From Candidatus Binatia bacterium (GTDB lineage Bacteria; Desulfobacterota; Binatia; UBA9968; JAJDTQ01): a DNA stretch of 64,000 nt. Both the position numbers and the translations under genes were made by a program. The stretch spans positions 928,001-992,000 of the forward strand of contig OY762897.2 in assembly GCA_963666515.2 (NCBI GenBank), in the 5' to 3' direction. Below are positions 17,860-26,563 of the stretch, one piece after another. Numbering within the stretch: position 1 is the first letter of the stretch; each line of letters opens with the position of its first letter. Below the pieces are notes generated by a model. The model did not search any database. It saw only the letters and a program-made list of their open reading frames with translations, and was not told the DNA's origin.

Positions 17860-19329
17860 CTAGTCGGCCGCCGCCAGCAGCCGGTCGATGTCCAGGGCCT
17901 CTTCGAAGGCGTCGGCCACGGCGTCCAAGGCTTCTTCCACGCCGGCTTCGTAGGCCGGACCGAATGCACCGTCAACGCCCATGGAACGGAGGAACTCGCG
18001 GCGGAAGGCGTCGCCGGCCAGGAGCCCGTGGACGTAGCAGCCCATGACCCTTCCGTCCGCGGACACGCTCCCGGGATCGTGTCCCTCGCCCTCGGGCACG
18101 AGGAACGGCCGGGAGGCGTCGCCGCCGGTGCTCTTGCCGACGTGCATCTCGTAGCCGGCAAAGGCCGCGTCCACGGTCGCGCCGGCTCCCGCCACCTGTC
18201 TGAGCGTCTTGGCGCCGGTGAGCACGGTCTCGTGTTCCAGGAAGCCAAGCCCCGGTTCCTCGCCGGCCAGCCCCTCGATGCCTTGCGGGTCCGCCACCCT
18301 TCGGCCGAGCATCTGGTATCCGGCGCAGATGCCCAGCACGGCGCCGCCCCGGCGCCGGTGGGCGAGTAGGTCGATGTCCCATCCCTCGCGCCTGAAGGCC
18401 CGCAGATCGGAAAGGGTGGCCTTGGAGCCCGGCAGGATGACCAGGTCGGCATCGCCCGGGAGCGGGCGGCCGGGCGCCACCATGTCCACGGTCACCGCGG
18501 GTTCGGCTAGCAGAGGATCGAAGTCGTCGAAGTTGGCGATGTGCGGCAGCCGCGGAACCGCGACGCGGAAGGCTCCGTTGCCGGCCCGCGCCGGCCGGTT
18601 GTCGAGTGAGAAGGCATCCTCCTGCGGCAGGCGCAGCGCGGCGGGGAGATAGGGGATGACGCCGAAGGACGGCAGGCCGGTGCGCGCGGTGATGATGCCG
18701 AGCCCGTCAGCGAACAGGTCCGCATCACCGCGGAACCGGTTGATCAGGTACCCTTGCAGCAGCGTGCGCTCGTCGTCCGGCAGCAGCTCCCAGGTGCCCG
18801 TCAGGTTGGCGATGACGCCGCCCCGGTCGATGTCCGCCACCAGCACCACCGGTACTTGCGCAGCGGCGGCAAATCCCATGTTGGCGATGTCATGGGCGCG
18901 CAGGTTGACCTCGGCGGCGCTGCCCGCGCCCTCCACCAGCACGAAGTCCGCCGCGGACCTCAGCCGCTCGAAGCTCTCCAGGACCACGGGCATCAGCTCC
19001 CGCTTCACTTCCTGGAAGTCCTGCGCGTCGTGGTTGCCGCGCACCTTGCCGCGGACCACCACCTGGGCGCCCACGTCGGACTGCGGCTTGAGCAGCACCG
19101 GGTTCATGTCCACCGAGGGTGGGACCCCGCAGGCCCTGGCCTGCAGCGCCTGGGCTCGTCCGATCTCGCCGCCGTCGGGCGTGACGGCGGCATTGTTGGA
19201 CATGTTCTGCGGCTTGAACGGCCGCACCGTGTGGCCGCGGCGGGCCAGCAGGCGGCAGAGCCCGGCGGTCACCAGCGACTTGCCGGCGTCCGAGGCCGTT
19301 CCCTGGAACATGATCGTCCTGGCTCGCAT
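17860..19329 (-). CDS. cobQ: Cobyric acid synthase
   Basis: [49 protein letters not shown]. Confidence 0.97.
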   Translation of the reverse strand: MRARTIMFQGTASDAGKSLVTAGLCRLLARRGHTVRPFKPQNMSNNAAVTPDGGEIGRAQALQARACGVPPSVDMNPVLLKPQSDVGAQVVVRGKVRGNHDAQDFQEVKRELMPVVLESFERLRSAADFVLVEGAGSAAEVNLRAHDIANMGFAAAAQVPVVLVADIDRGGVIANLTGTWELLPDDERTLLQGYLINRFRGDADLFADGLGIITARTGLPSFGVIPYLPAALRLPQEDAFSLDNRPARAGNGAFRVAVPRLPHIANFDDFDPLLAEPAVTVDMVAPGRPLPGDADLVILPGSKATLSDLRAFRREGWDIDLLAHRRRGGAVLGICAGYQMLGRRVADPQGIEGLAGEEPGLGFLEHETVLTGAKTLRQVAGAGATVDAAFAGYEMHVGKSTGGDASRPFLVPEGEGHDPGSVSADGRVMGCYVHGLLAGDAFRREFLRSMGVDGAFGPAYEAGVEEALDAVADAFEEALDIDRLLAAAD

Positions 19330-19397
19330 GTCTGCTCAGGAAGGTTGCGACGGGATGCGATGATCGCGCCGGGTCAGGTCGTCGGAGTGAACCGCCA

Positions 19398-19937
19398 TCA
19401 GTCCGCCGCCGGGCCCTTGAGGGCCATGGGGAGCCCCGCCGCCACGAAGTAGACCCGCCGGGCGACGCCGGCCACGGCCTGGTTGAGCCGTCCGGCGTGG
19501 TCGCGGAAGGCGCGCGCCATGGCGTTGTCCGGGACGATGCCGAGGCCGACCTCGTTGGCTACCAGCACCACCGGTCCGGGCGCGGAGGCCAGCGATTCGC
19601 GCAGCGCTTCGCCGGCGGCGTCCACGTCACGGCCGTGGTGCATGAGATTGCCGAGCCATACGGTCAGGCAGTCCACCAGAACGCAGTTGCCCGGCGCGCT
19701 TTCCCGCCGCACAGCGGCTGCTAGCTCCACCGGCTCCTCGACGGTGCGCCAGTCCGCGCCGCGCCGGGCTCGATGTGTGGCGATGCGTTCGGCCATCTCG
19801 CTGTCCGTGACCACGGCGGTGGCGACGTAGACGCGCCGCTCCCACGCCCGTGCAAGCCCTTCGGCGAAGGCGCTCTTTCCCGCCCGGGCGCCGCCCAGCA
19901 CAAGGGTCACGTCGGAGCCTGCCGGAGCCGTGTTCAC
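19398..19937 (-). CDS. cobU: Adenosylcobinamide kinase/guanylyltransferase
   Basis: LVLGGARAGKS, RIATHRARR, VDCLTVW, NEVGLGIVP, FRDHAGRLNQ. Confidence 0.95.
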   Translation of the reverse strand: MNTAPAGSDVTLVLGGARAGKSAFAEGLARAWERRVYVATAVVTDSEMAERIATHRARRGADWRTVEEPVELAAAVRRESAPGNCVLVDCLTVWLGNLMHHGRDVDAAGEALRESLASAPGPVVLVANEVGLGIVPDNAMARAFRDHAGRLNQAVAGVARRVYFVAAGLPMALKGPAAD

Positions 19938-20157
19938 TGGCGCACCGCCCGGATCCAACGGCGGGGTGCAGGCGGACGGCGAGTTGCGTTGCAATCGAAC
20001 ATGTGGAGCGCATCCTACAACGCGGGATGGACAAAGAGAAATACGCGATCTCGGAACGGCAGGGCACGGATCCGCACGGAATGCTTCCCGCCACGGCGGG
20101 AATCCAGGTTGACACCCACACGCCGTTTCCGTATTGCTGAATCCCATGGAGGACGCC

Positions 20158-20466
20158 ATGCGAAGCACCCATGACATGGGCGGGGACCCCCATGCCGGAC
20201 CCATCGACCGCTCACAGCACCAGTTGGACGACTGGGAGATTCTCGCCGACGCCCTGAACCAGGTGGTGGGGGTCAAGGGCATCAAGCGCACCGACGAGAC
20301 CCGGCGGGCGCGCGAGGAGATGGACTCGGAGGCGTACCTCTCGCTCAGCTACTACGAGCGCTGGATCGCCAGCCTGGAGACGATCCTGGTGGAGAAGGGC
20401 TTCATGACCCGTGACGAGATCGACCGGAAGGTGGCGGAACTGGAAGAGAAGTGGGGCGAGCCGTGA
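20158..20466 (+). CDS. Nitrile hydratase beta N-terminal domain protein (ScnB-like)
   Basis: HDMGG, DETRRARE, YLSLSYYERW, LVEKG; RBS GGAGG. Confidence 0.85.
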   Translation: MRSTHDMGGDPHAGPIDRSQHQLDDWEILADALNQVVGVKGIKRTDETRRAREEMDSEAYLSLSYYERWIASLETILVEKGFMTRDEIDRKVAELEEKWGEP

Positions 20467-20768
20467 GCGGTGACGCGGGTTTCACGGACGGCCAGGCGGT
20501 GCGGGTGAAGTCGCACTTCAAGCCGGGCCACGTGCGCACGCCGTTCTACATCAAGGGCAAGACGGGGTGGGTGGAGCGCTGCTACGGCGAGTTCCGCAAC
20601 CCGGAGTCCCTGGGACACGGCGGCGACGGCCTGCCTCGGGTCCGGCTGTACCTCGTCGGCTTTCACCAGAAGGACGTGTGGGACGGCTACGGCGCCGCCG
20701 GCAGGGACAAGGTTTTCGTGGACATCTTCGAGCACTGGCTGGAGCCCGCCGCGGAAGCGGGCGCATGA
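20463..20768 (+). CDS. Nitrile hydratase beta C-terminal SH3-like protein (ScnA-like)
   Basis: GHVRTPFYIKGKTG, LYLVGF..DVW, VDIFEHWLEPA; GTGA overlap with upstream gene. Confidence 0.85.
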   Translation: MSGDAGFTDGQAVRVKSHFKPGHVRTPFYIKGKTGWVERCYGEFRNPESLGHGGDGLPRVRLYLVGFHQKDVWDGYGAAGRDKVFVDIFEHWLEPAAEAGA

Positions 20769-20784
20769 AACGCGGGAGGGAAGC

Positions 20785-21417
20785 ATGGCGCACGAGCACG
20801 GTCCGGGAGAAGAGCACGAGGCGGGCCCCAGGCACGAGCTGAGCCACTGGGCCAAGCGGGCGTACGCCATACGCGACATCCTCATCGAGAAGGGCGTGCT
20901 GACCGAGGAGGACGTCCGGCAGCAGGCGGAGTTGACCGAGTCCAAGACGCCGGCCAACGGCGCCCGGCTCGTGGCCCGGGCCTGGACCGACCCCGAGTTC
21001 AAGGCGCGCCTCGTGGCCGATCCCAAGAAGGTGTGCGCCGAGATGGGCATCGACGCCACCACCCTGAACGAGTTCGTGATCCTGGAGAACACCGAAGGCG
21101 TGCGCCACATGGTGGTGTGCACCCTGTGTTCGTGCTACCCGCGTCCGATCCTCGGCCGGCCGCCGGACTGGTACAAGAGCTTCAACTACCGCAAGCGCGC
21201 GGTGAACGACCCCCGTGGCGTCATGCGCGAGTTCGGCCTGGAGTTGCCCGACGGCGTGGAGGTGCGGGTGCACGACAGCACCGCGGACATGCGCTACCTG
21301 GTGATCCCGGTCCGCCCCGCGGGCACCGAGGGCTTGAGCGTCGAAGAGCTGGAGAAGCTGGTGACCCGCGACAGCATGATCGGGGTGATGGACGCGTTGC
21401 CCTCCGTTCCGGAATGA
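20785..21417 (+). CDS. Co-type nitrile hydratase alpha / thiocyanate hydrolase gamma subunit
   Basis: VARAWTDPEFK, metal site VCTLCSCYPRPILG, DWYKS..YR.RAV, DSTADMRYLVIP, TRDSMIGV. Confidence 0.92.
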   Translation: MAHEHGPGEEHEAGPRHELSHWAKRAYAIRDILIEKGVLTEEDVRQQAELTESKTPANGARLVARAWTDPEFKARLVADPKKVCAEMGIDATTLNEFVILENTEGVRHMVVCTLCSCYPRPILGRPPDWYKSFNYRKRAVNDPRGVMREFGLELPDGVEVRVHDSTADMRYLVIPVRPAGTEGLSVEELEKLVTRDSMIGVMDALPSVPE

Positions 21418-21426
21418 GGGACCATC

Positions 21427-22602
21427 ATGTTTCACGTTGACCTGGCGCCGTTCGGCGTGGACTCCGAGCGGCTCAAGACCGACCGTCTGAGCCGCCTGCA
21501 GGGCATCATGCGCGCCCGCGGCCTGGGCGCGCTGCTGCTGACCGACCCGCTCAACATCCGCTACGCTACCAACACCGTGTTGTGGCTCAACCTGCGCGCG
21601 ACCGGCGTGCAGCGCTTCGCGCTCGTGCCCGCGGAGGGCGAGCCGGTGGTGTACGAGCGGCTGTTCGGCAGCGAGCGCGCCGCCGGGCTCAAGAAGGAAG
21701 GCTCGATCCGGGGCTTCGGCTCCTACATGTTCGGCATGCGGCCGCCCGCGGCCACCCAGGACTTCGTGAATCTGGCCGCGGACGGACTGGCGCAGATGGG
21801 CGTTTCCGGCGAACGGGTGGGGATCGACGCCCTATGTCTCGGCGCGGTGGACCTCTTGCGGGAGAGCGGCTTCGCGGTGGTGGACGGGCTTCCGGCCCTG
21901 GGCGAGTCCCGTGTGGTCAAGACCCAGGACGAGGTGGAGCTTATCCGCTGGACCAGCCGCGCCAAGGAAGGCGGCTACGACTTGGTGCGCGAGGCCATCC
22001 GCAAGCCGCCGGTGGTGGAGGAGCGCCTGAGCCGCATGATGCTGGAGTACCTGCTGGAGCAGGGCTTCGAGGCCGGCAGCGAGTTCATCTCGATCTTCGA
22101 TTCCTCACAGATGGCCATCCGGCCGCACCGGGAACCCATGGGCATGGACCTCGTGATGACCGAGGGCGACCTGGTCATCTGCGACGCCACCGTGGCCGGC
22201 CCTGGCGGCTACTACAGCGACTTCGCCCGGACCTTCTGCCACGGCACGCCGTCCCAAGCCGACAAGGACCGCTACGCCGAAGCCTACGCCACCATACAGG
22301 AAGCGCTCGGCCATGTCCGGCCCGGCCCGTGCACCGCCCTGTTCGAGCGTTTCGGCAGGGACTCGACCTCCCGCCTTCCGGGCCTGGACGGCTTTCACGG
22401 CGTGGGAATGTGCATCTACGAGGCCCCCTGGCTCCGGGGCTACGACCCGCCGGAGTACCTGTGGTCGCTGGAAGAGAACATGATCATCGCGCTGGAGATC
22501 AACCACCACCCGGTGAAGCTGGAGCACCTGCTCCGGGTGACCGCCGACGGCGCGGAGATCCTCTCCACCTATCCGATGGAGGCCGAGCTGGCTCCGGCGT
22601 AG
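21427..22602 (+). CDS. M24-family (Xaa-Pro peptidase/creatinase fold) hydrolase
   Basis: NIRYAT N-domain, VKTQDEVE, metal ligands D/D (CDAT..YYSDFART), H (FHGVG), E (ALE), E (KLEH). Confidence 0.85.
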   Translation: MFHVDLAPFGVDSERLKTDRLSRLQGIMRARGLGALLLTDPLNIRYATNTVLWLNLRATGVQRFALVPAEGEPVVYERLFGSERAAGLKKEGSIRGFGSYMFGMRPPAATQDFVNLAADGLAQMGVSGERVGIDALCLGAVDLLRESGFAVVDGLPALGESRVVKTQDEVELIRWTSRAKEGGYDLVREAIRKPPVVEERLSRMMLEYLLEQGFEAGSEFISIFDSSQMAIRPHREPMGMDLVMTEGDLVICDATVAGPGGYYSDFARTFCHGTPSQADKDRYAEAYATIQEALGHVRPGPCTALFERFGRDSTSRLPGLDGFHGVGMCIYEAPWLRGYDPPEYLWSLEENMIIALEINHHPVKLEHLLRVTADGAEILSTYPMEAELAPA

Positions 22603-22613
22603 GAGGCTTCACC

Positions 22614-23144
22614 TCACCTGCTTCGATTCTTGTGCGCTTCGACAGCCCGCTTCGACCACAGCATTTGGTTGTGGACGGCGACGTCTTGGAGTGACAGAAC
22701 GTGTTGCTTCTCGTCGAATACAGAGACGGAGTGGAGAGCTTCAACGCGAGCAGCTTCGTCCCTGGACAGAAATACTTCGACGTGCAGCCCCAAGTTGGTG
22801 GCTTCCCAGTTTGGAGCCTCTTCCACCTTTCCCGCAATCCCTTCGAATGGCGGTATGTCGTCGGTCTGGGCTATGTATACGTACTTGCGTTCTCGATCCG
22901 ACTTGCCCGCAGCCGCGGACATCGCCGCTGCTTGATCACCGTCCCAGTCAGTCGGCATGATCGTTGGCAAATCGACGCCGAGGGCTTGACTGATCTCCTT
23001 CGCCGTCCGAAGACGGATACTCTGTCCCTGTTCTGCACGCTGAATGGTCCGAGAATCGCATCCAACCTTTTTGGCGAGGCCTTCCTGGGTCAGTCCAAGC
23101 CTCAATCGAAGCCGACGCAAGACTTTGCTATCCATGACGGGCAT
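22614..23144 (-). CDS. XRE-family HTH protein with unrecognised C-terminal domain
   Basis: LRRLRLRLGLTQEGLAKKVGCDSRTIQRAEQG...TAKEISQALGV. Confidence 0.75.
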   Translation of the reverse strand: MPVMDSKVLRRLRLRLGLTQEGLAKKVGCDSRTIQRAEQGQSIRLRTAKEISQALGVDLPTIMPTDWDGDQAAAMSAAAGKSDRERKYVYIAQTDDIPPFEGIAGKVEEAPNWEATNLGLHVEVFLSRDEAARVEALHSVSVFDEKQHVLSLQDVAVHNQMLWSKRAVEAHKNRSR

Positions 23145-23306
23145 AAAGAGATTATAGTGTCGTGGGACTGAACGCGCAATGTCTGGGGCAATCGGCACAA
23201 ACGCCTTGGACTCGCCTTCGGGCACGCGCCGTTTCAATCAATGAAGCGTTGAAAGCCATGTGGGCAGACTTCAGACTTCACGCGTCACTGGCGCTGCACC
23301 CGAAAG

Positions 23307-23738
23307 CTATTTTGCCAAGTGTAGCTTCCCTTCGGCTTCATACGCAACGGTGCCGTTGCGGCGCGTCCTTCGAAAACTCAGGGTAACGCCACCCTCCCCA
23401 TCAAACGTGTAGGTTAGGGTAGTTCCCCGCCAAGGGGTTCGTGCAGTCAACGTCTGGCCTTCAATGGAGCCAACCATGGGTTGACAAAACAAGTTCCTTC
23501 TACCACGCCCCGCATAGATGAGCAGCACTCGGTTCGTTGGCGTGGTCTCTATCACAACGAGTACCGCTTCACGGGGAGGGTGGGGTCCCGGGTATGTCCC
23601 TTCGTATGTGCCGCGGTAGACTTTGCGGTCAGGACTCTGCAACCACGCGAAGTCCCCGCATTCCTTCTCTAAGTCGAACCCGTAGGCGCTTCCCGTCATG
23701 ACTATGAGCACTCCCAGTGCAAGAAGGATTCGTCGCAT
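23307..23738 (-). CDS. Secreted hypothetical protein
   Basis: Signal peptide MRRILLALGVLIVMTGSAYG, RBS GGAGG, beta-strand-rich mature region with two Cys. Confidence 0.65.
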   Translation of the reverse strand: MRRILLALGVLIVMTGSAYGFDLEKECGDFAWLQSPDRKVYRGTYEGTYPGPHPPREAVLVVIETTPTNRVLLIYAGRGRRNLFCQPMVGSIEGQTLTARTPWRGTTLTYTFDGEGGVTLSFRRTRRNGTVAYEAEGKLHLAK

Positions 23739-23854
23739 CACCTGCCTCCGTCGTTGTCTACCGACCGAATCGGGGATCCTTGTCGTCGTCGCAACTGTTT
23801 TGCTTGGGGTCAATCACAGGGCTGACTGTCAGTGGGTGAACAATGCCGCCGCTT

Positions 23855-23878
23855 GCGGGTTCGAATCCCGCCGCTCCC
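23855..23878 (+). other. Isolated tRNA 3'-end-like fragment (T-arm plus acceptor strand)
   Basis: GCGGG-TTCGAAT-CCCGC-CGCTCCC; no matching 5' acceptor strand or D/anticodon arms upstream. Confidence 0.45.
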
Positions 23879-23887
23879 TCTCAGGCA

Positions 23888-24367
23888 CTATCGTCCGTAC
23901 GACGCTCGCCACTCGTCGGCCCGTTTCTTGGCTTCGGTGATGTCGTCGTAGGTCAGCCGTTTTTCGAGCCATCCTTGCCAGTGGGCCAGTTCCTCGCTGG
24001 GCTTCTTCTCCAGGGAGAGAGTTGCCCACTTGTGCGCCTCGATGTAACCCTCGGTGGTGCCCATCTTCCGGTACATCCGTTGCAGGCCACGCATCGATTG
24101 AGCATGACCCTTCTGGGCAGCTAGCCCGTACCACTTCAAGGCCATCTGGGTGTCGACGCTTACGCCCCGCCCCCTCTCGTACATTTGGCCAAGCCGGTAT
24201 TGTGCGCGGGCATTGCCGCGGTCCGCAGCGGGGCGAAACTCACGGAGTGCCGTCGCGTAATCCTTGGCTCTGTACGCGCGGAGGCCCGCTTTGTATCCCG
24301 CCCAAGCAGGGGCTCCCATTGACAGCACAAGGGCAAGTGCAACGAGTGCGCTGAGAATTAGTCTCAT
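23888..24367 (-). CDS. Secreted Sel1-like repeat protein
   Basis: Signal peptide, DYATALREFRPAADRGNARAQYRLGQMYERGRGV...KWYGLAAQKG; RBS GGAGG. Confidence 0.88.
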   Translation of the reverse strand: MRLILSALVALALVLSMGAPAWAGYKAGLRAYRAKDYATALREFRPAADRGNARAQYRLGQMYERGRGVSVDTQMALKWYGLAAQKGHAQSMRGLQRMYRKMGTTEGYIEAHKWATLSLEKKPSEELAHWQGWLEKRLTYDDITEAKKRADEWRASYGR

Positions 24368-24921
24368 GATTCACCTCCAGTATATATTGATCCGCCGATG
24401 GCAGATTATTTCTGGCTTCTTGGAGCCGTAGCCTACAAGCGGTCGGCCACGAAACCGGTTCGGAGCATTCGTTGCAATTCCCGCCAATACCGTCCGGTGC
24501 CTGCCCGGCGGCATGATTGCTATTCCGAAGCGCAACTCCGCCTCGCTAGCGTTAGCGTTAGCGTTAGCCGCTGTGACGTAAGGGCTCGATGTCGCCCGGT
24601 CCGTGACACAGGCGGCGATCATGTGATCAGCCGTACGTTGCCCAAAAGACACCGCGTGCCTTGCGACGCCGTATCGTTGAGCGCGGCCTGGCGTCTGTTC
24701 GCGTTAATCAGGTAATCGCTCCAGAATCCGTTGTCAGACTCCGCCCTTGCGACGGAGGGCTGGAAACAAGCCCGATCATCAGCGCGGCGGCCCATGCAGC
24801 CCCGGACATGGCGGAGACGAGACAACTTGTCGCGAACCTTGGCGATCCTGCTCTCCATCATCGGGTTTCTCCGTATCTCACGACACACCGTTGAGTCTTT
24901 CCACACGAAATACGGAAGCGC

Positions 24922-25464
24922 CTAACAACTATGATTCCTTACCTCTTCGCCGGGAAGGGCAATCTCTTCCCTCCGCGAAGGCCGCGTCGGATTCGTCCCC
25001 GTTCCTTGCTCAAGGTCAACCGGCACTGCGTTGAAACTTGCGAAACCGTAGCGTGTCGCCAGCAGCGACAGCACCTCGGTCAATTCCTTCATCCCGTACT
25101 CGCCTGCGCCATCAAGGGTTTTCCGGATCGCATCGTTGGCGGCCCTGAACGCGGCCACCACCCTGTCCTCGTGCGTATCATTGTCAATCCGTCGTGGCTC
25201 TGAGGGCCACTCCTCAATGTCGTGTAGGCGTTCGTCGTCGGACGCAGGCTTCAACAAAATGATGGTCCGCAGTTCGACATCAAGAGCTTCGGCGATATCC
25301 CTTGCGGTCCCGAGCCGGACTCTGGCTCCTGTCTCGGCCCGTTGGACGGTTCGCTCGTTGCACTTGGCCTTGACGGCCAGTTCGGCTTGGGTAAGCCCGA
25401 TCTCGGTCCGCCGTCGGGTCACCCGTTCGCCAATAATTGCGACACTTCCGTTGGTCCTGGCCAC
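24922..25464 (-). CDS. XRE-family HTH protein with unrecognised C-terminal domain
   Basis: RRRTEIGLTQAELAVKAKCNERTVQRAETG...TARDIAEALDV. Confidence 0.75.
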   Translation of the reverse strand: MARTNGSVAIIGERVTRRRTEIGLTQAELAVKAKCNERTVQRAETGARVRLGTARDIAEALDVELRTIILLKPASDDERLHDIEEWPSEPRRIDNDTHEDRVVAAFRAANDAIRKTLDGAGEYGMKELTEVLSLLATRYGFASFNAVPVDLEQGTGTNPTRPSRREEIALPGEEVRNHSC

Positions 25465-25615
25465 GGGAGAAGGATACTAGACCTGGAACTACACGGTCTA
25501 CGCCAGAAAACTGACACTTGGCCGACAGAAAGACGACAAAATACGAATCAACCGTTCTGAACGGCCCGTAGGTATGAGGAGGAGCCGCCCAATAAACGGG
25601 ACCGAGAGAGCGGAA

Positions 25616-26506
25616 TTAGTGTCGGAGCAGCTTCTCGACGAAGAATTCCGCGGCCCGGTAGGAGCTACGCACCATGGGGCCGGCGGCGACGTAGCGGAAG
25701 CCCAGCCGCATGCCCTGTGCCTCGTATTCCCGGAAACGGTCCGGGTGCAGGAACTCGGCTACGGGGACGTGTTTCCTGGTGGGCCGGAGGTACTGGCCGA
25801 GGGTGAGGATGTCGACGTCCCGCTCGCGCAGGTCCCGCATGGTCTCCAAGACCTCTCCGGGGGTTTCTCCCAAGCCTAGCAGGACCGCGGTCTTGGAGTA
25901 GATGCGGGAATCAAGGGTCTTGACGTTGGCGAGCGCCTCGAGGGTCTGCTCGTAACCGCAGCGCGCGTCCCGCGCGTAGCGGGTCAGGCGCCGGACGGTC
26001 TCGATGTTCTGGCCGATGACCTGAGGAGCGGCGCCGACGACCTTGCGGAGCGCGCGGGCGTCGCCGCGGAAGTCCGGGATCAGCGCCTCGATGACCAGGT
26101 CCGGGCAGCGGCGTTGCGTCTCCCGGATCGTGTCGGCAAAGACACTGGCGCCGCCGTCGTCCAGGTCGTCCCGGTCCACGGAGGTGATGACCACGTAGCG
26201 GAGGTTCATGCGCGCCAAGGCCTCGGCCACGCGCCTGGGTTCGTCGTGATCGACGGGAGTGCCTGCCTTGGCGGTCTTGACCGCGCAGAACCGGCACCCC
26301 CGGGTGCACACGTCGCCGAGGATCATGATGGTGGCGGTGCCGGACTGCCAGCACTCGGCCAAGTTGGGGCAGCGCGCCTCTTCGCACACCGTGTGCAGCT
26401 TCAACCCGCGGAAGCTGTCCTTGAGGCGGTTGTAGGTGGCGCCTGATGGGAGCCCGACCTTGAGCCAGGGGGGCTTGCGAACTCGTTGCGGGCGCGCGTC
26501 GATCAT
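25616..26506 (-). CDS. lipA: Lipoyl synthase
   Basis: KPPWLK, TVCEEARCPNLAECW, CTRGCRFC, GQYLRP, VRSSYRA. Confidence 0.97.
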   Translation of the reverse strand: MIDARPQRVRKPPWLKVGLPSGATYNRLKDSFRGLKLHTVCEEARCPNLAECWQSGTATIMILGDVCTRGCRFCAVKTAKAGTPVDHDEPRRVAEALARMNLRYVVITSVDRDDLDDGGASVFADTIRETQRRCPDLVIEALIPDFRGDARALRKVVGAAPQVIGQNIETVRRLTRYARDARCGYEQTLEALANVKTLDSRIYSKTAVLLGLGETPGEVLETMRDLRERDVDILTLGQYLRPTRKHVPVAEFLHPDRFREYEAQGMRLGFRYVAAGPMVRSSYRAAEFFVEKLLRH

Positions 26507-26563
26507 CAGTTTCCAAACTAACCCACGATTGAAGAAAAGACCATCGAGCCCCCCGACCATGGA

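Larger units (their letters stand above)
15993..17863 (+). mobile_element. Putative single-ORF mobile element bounded by CTAG, no terminal inverted repeats seen
   Basis: CTAG at 15993-15996 and 17860-17863; structured non-coding ends; single 535-aa ORF unrelated to flanking cob genes. Confidence 0.65.

Noticed and set aside
24546-24568. (GTTAGC)x3 microsatellite and ORF 24371-24652 encoding ANANANA
   Set aside because: Too short to support a function; the ORF has no recognisable features
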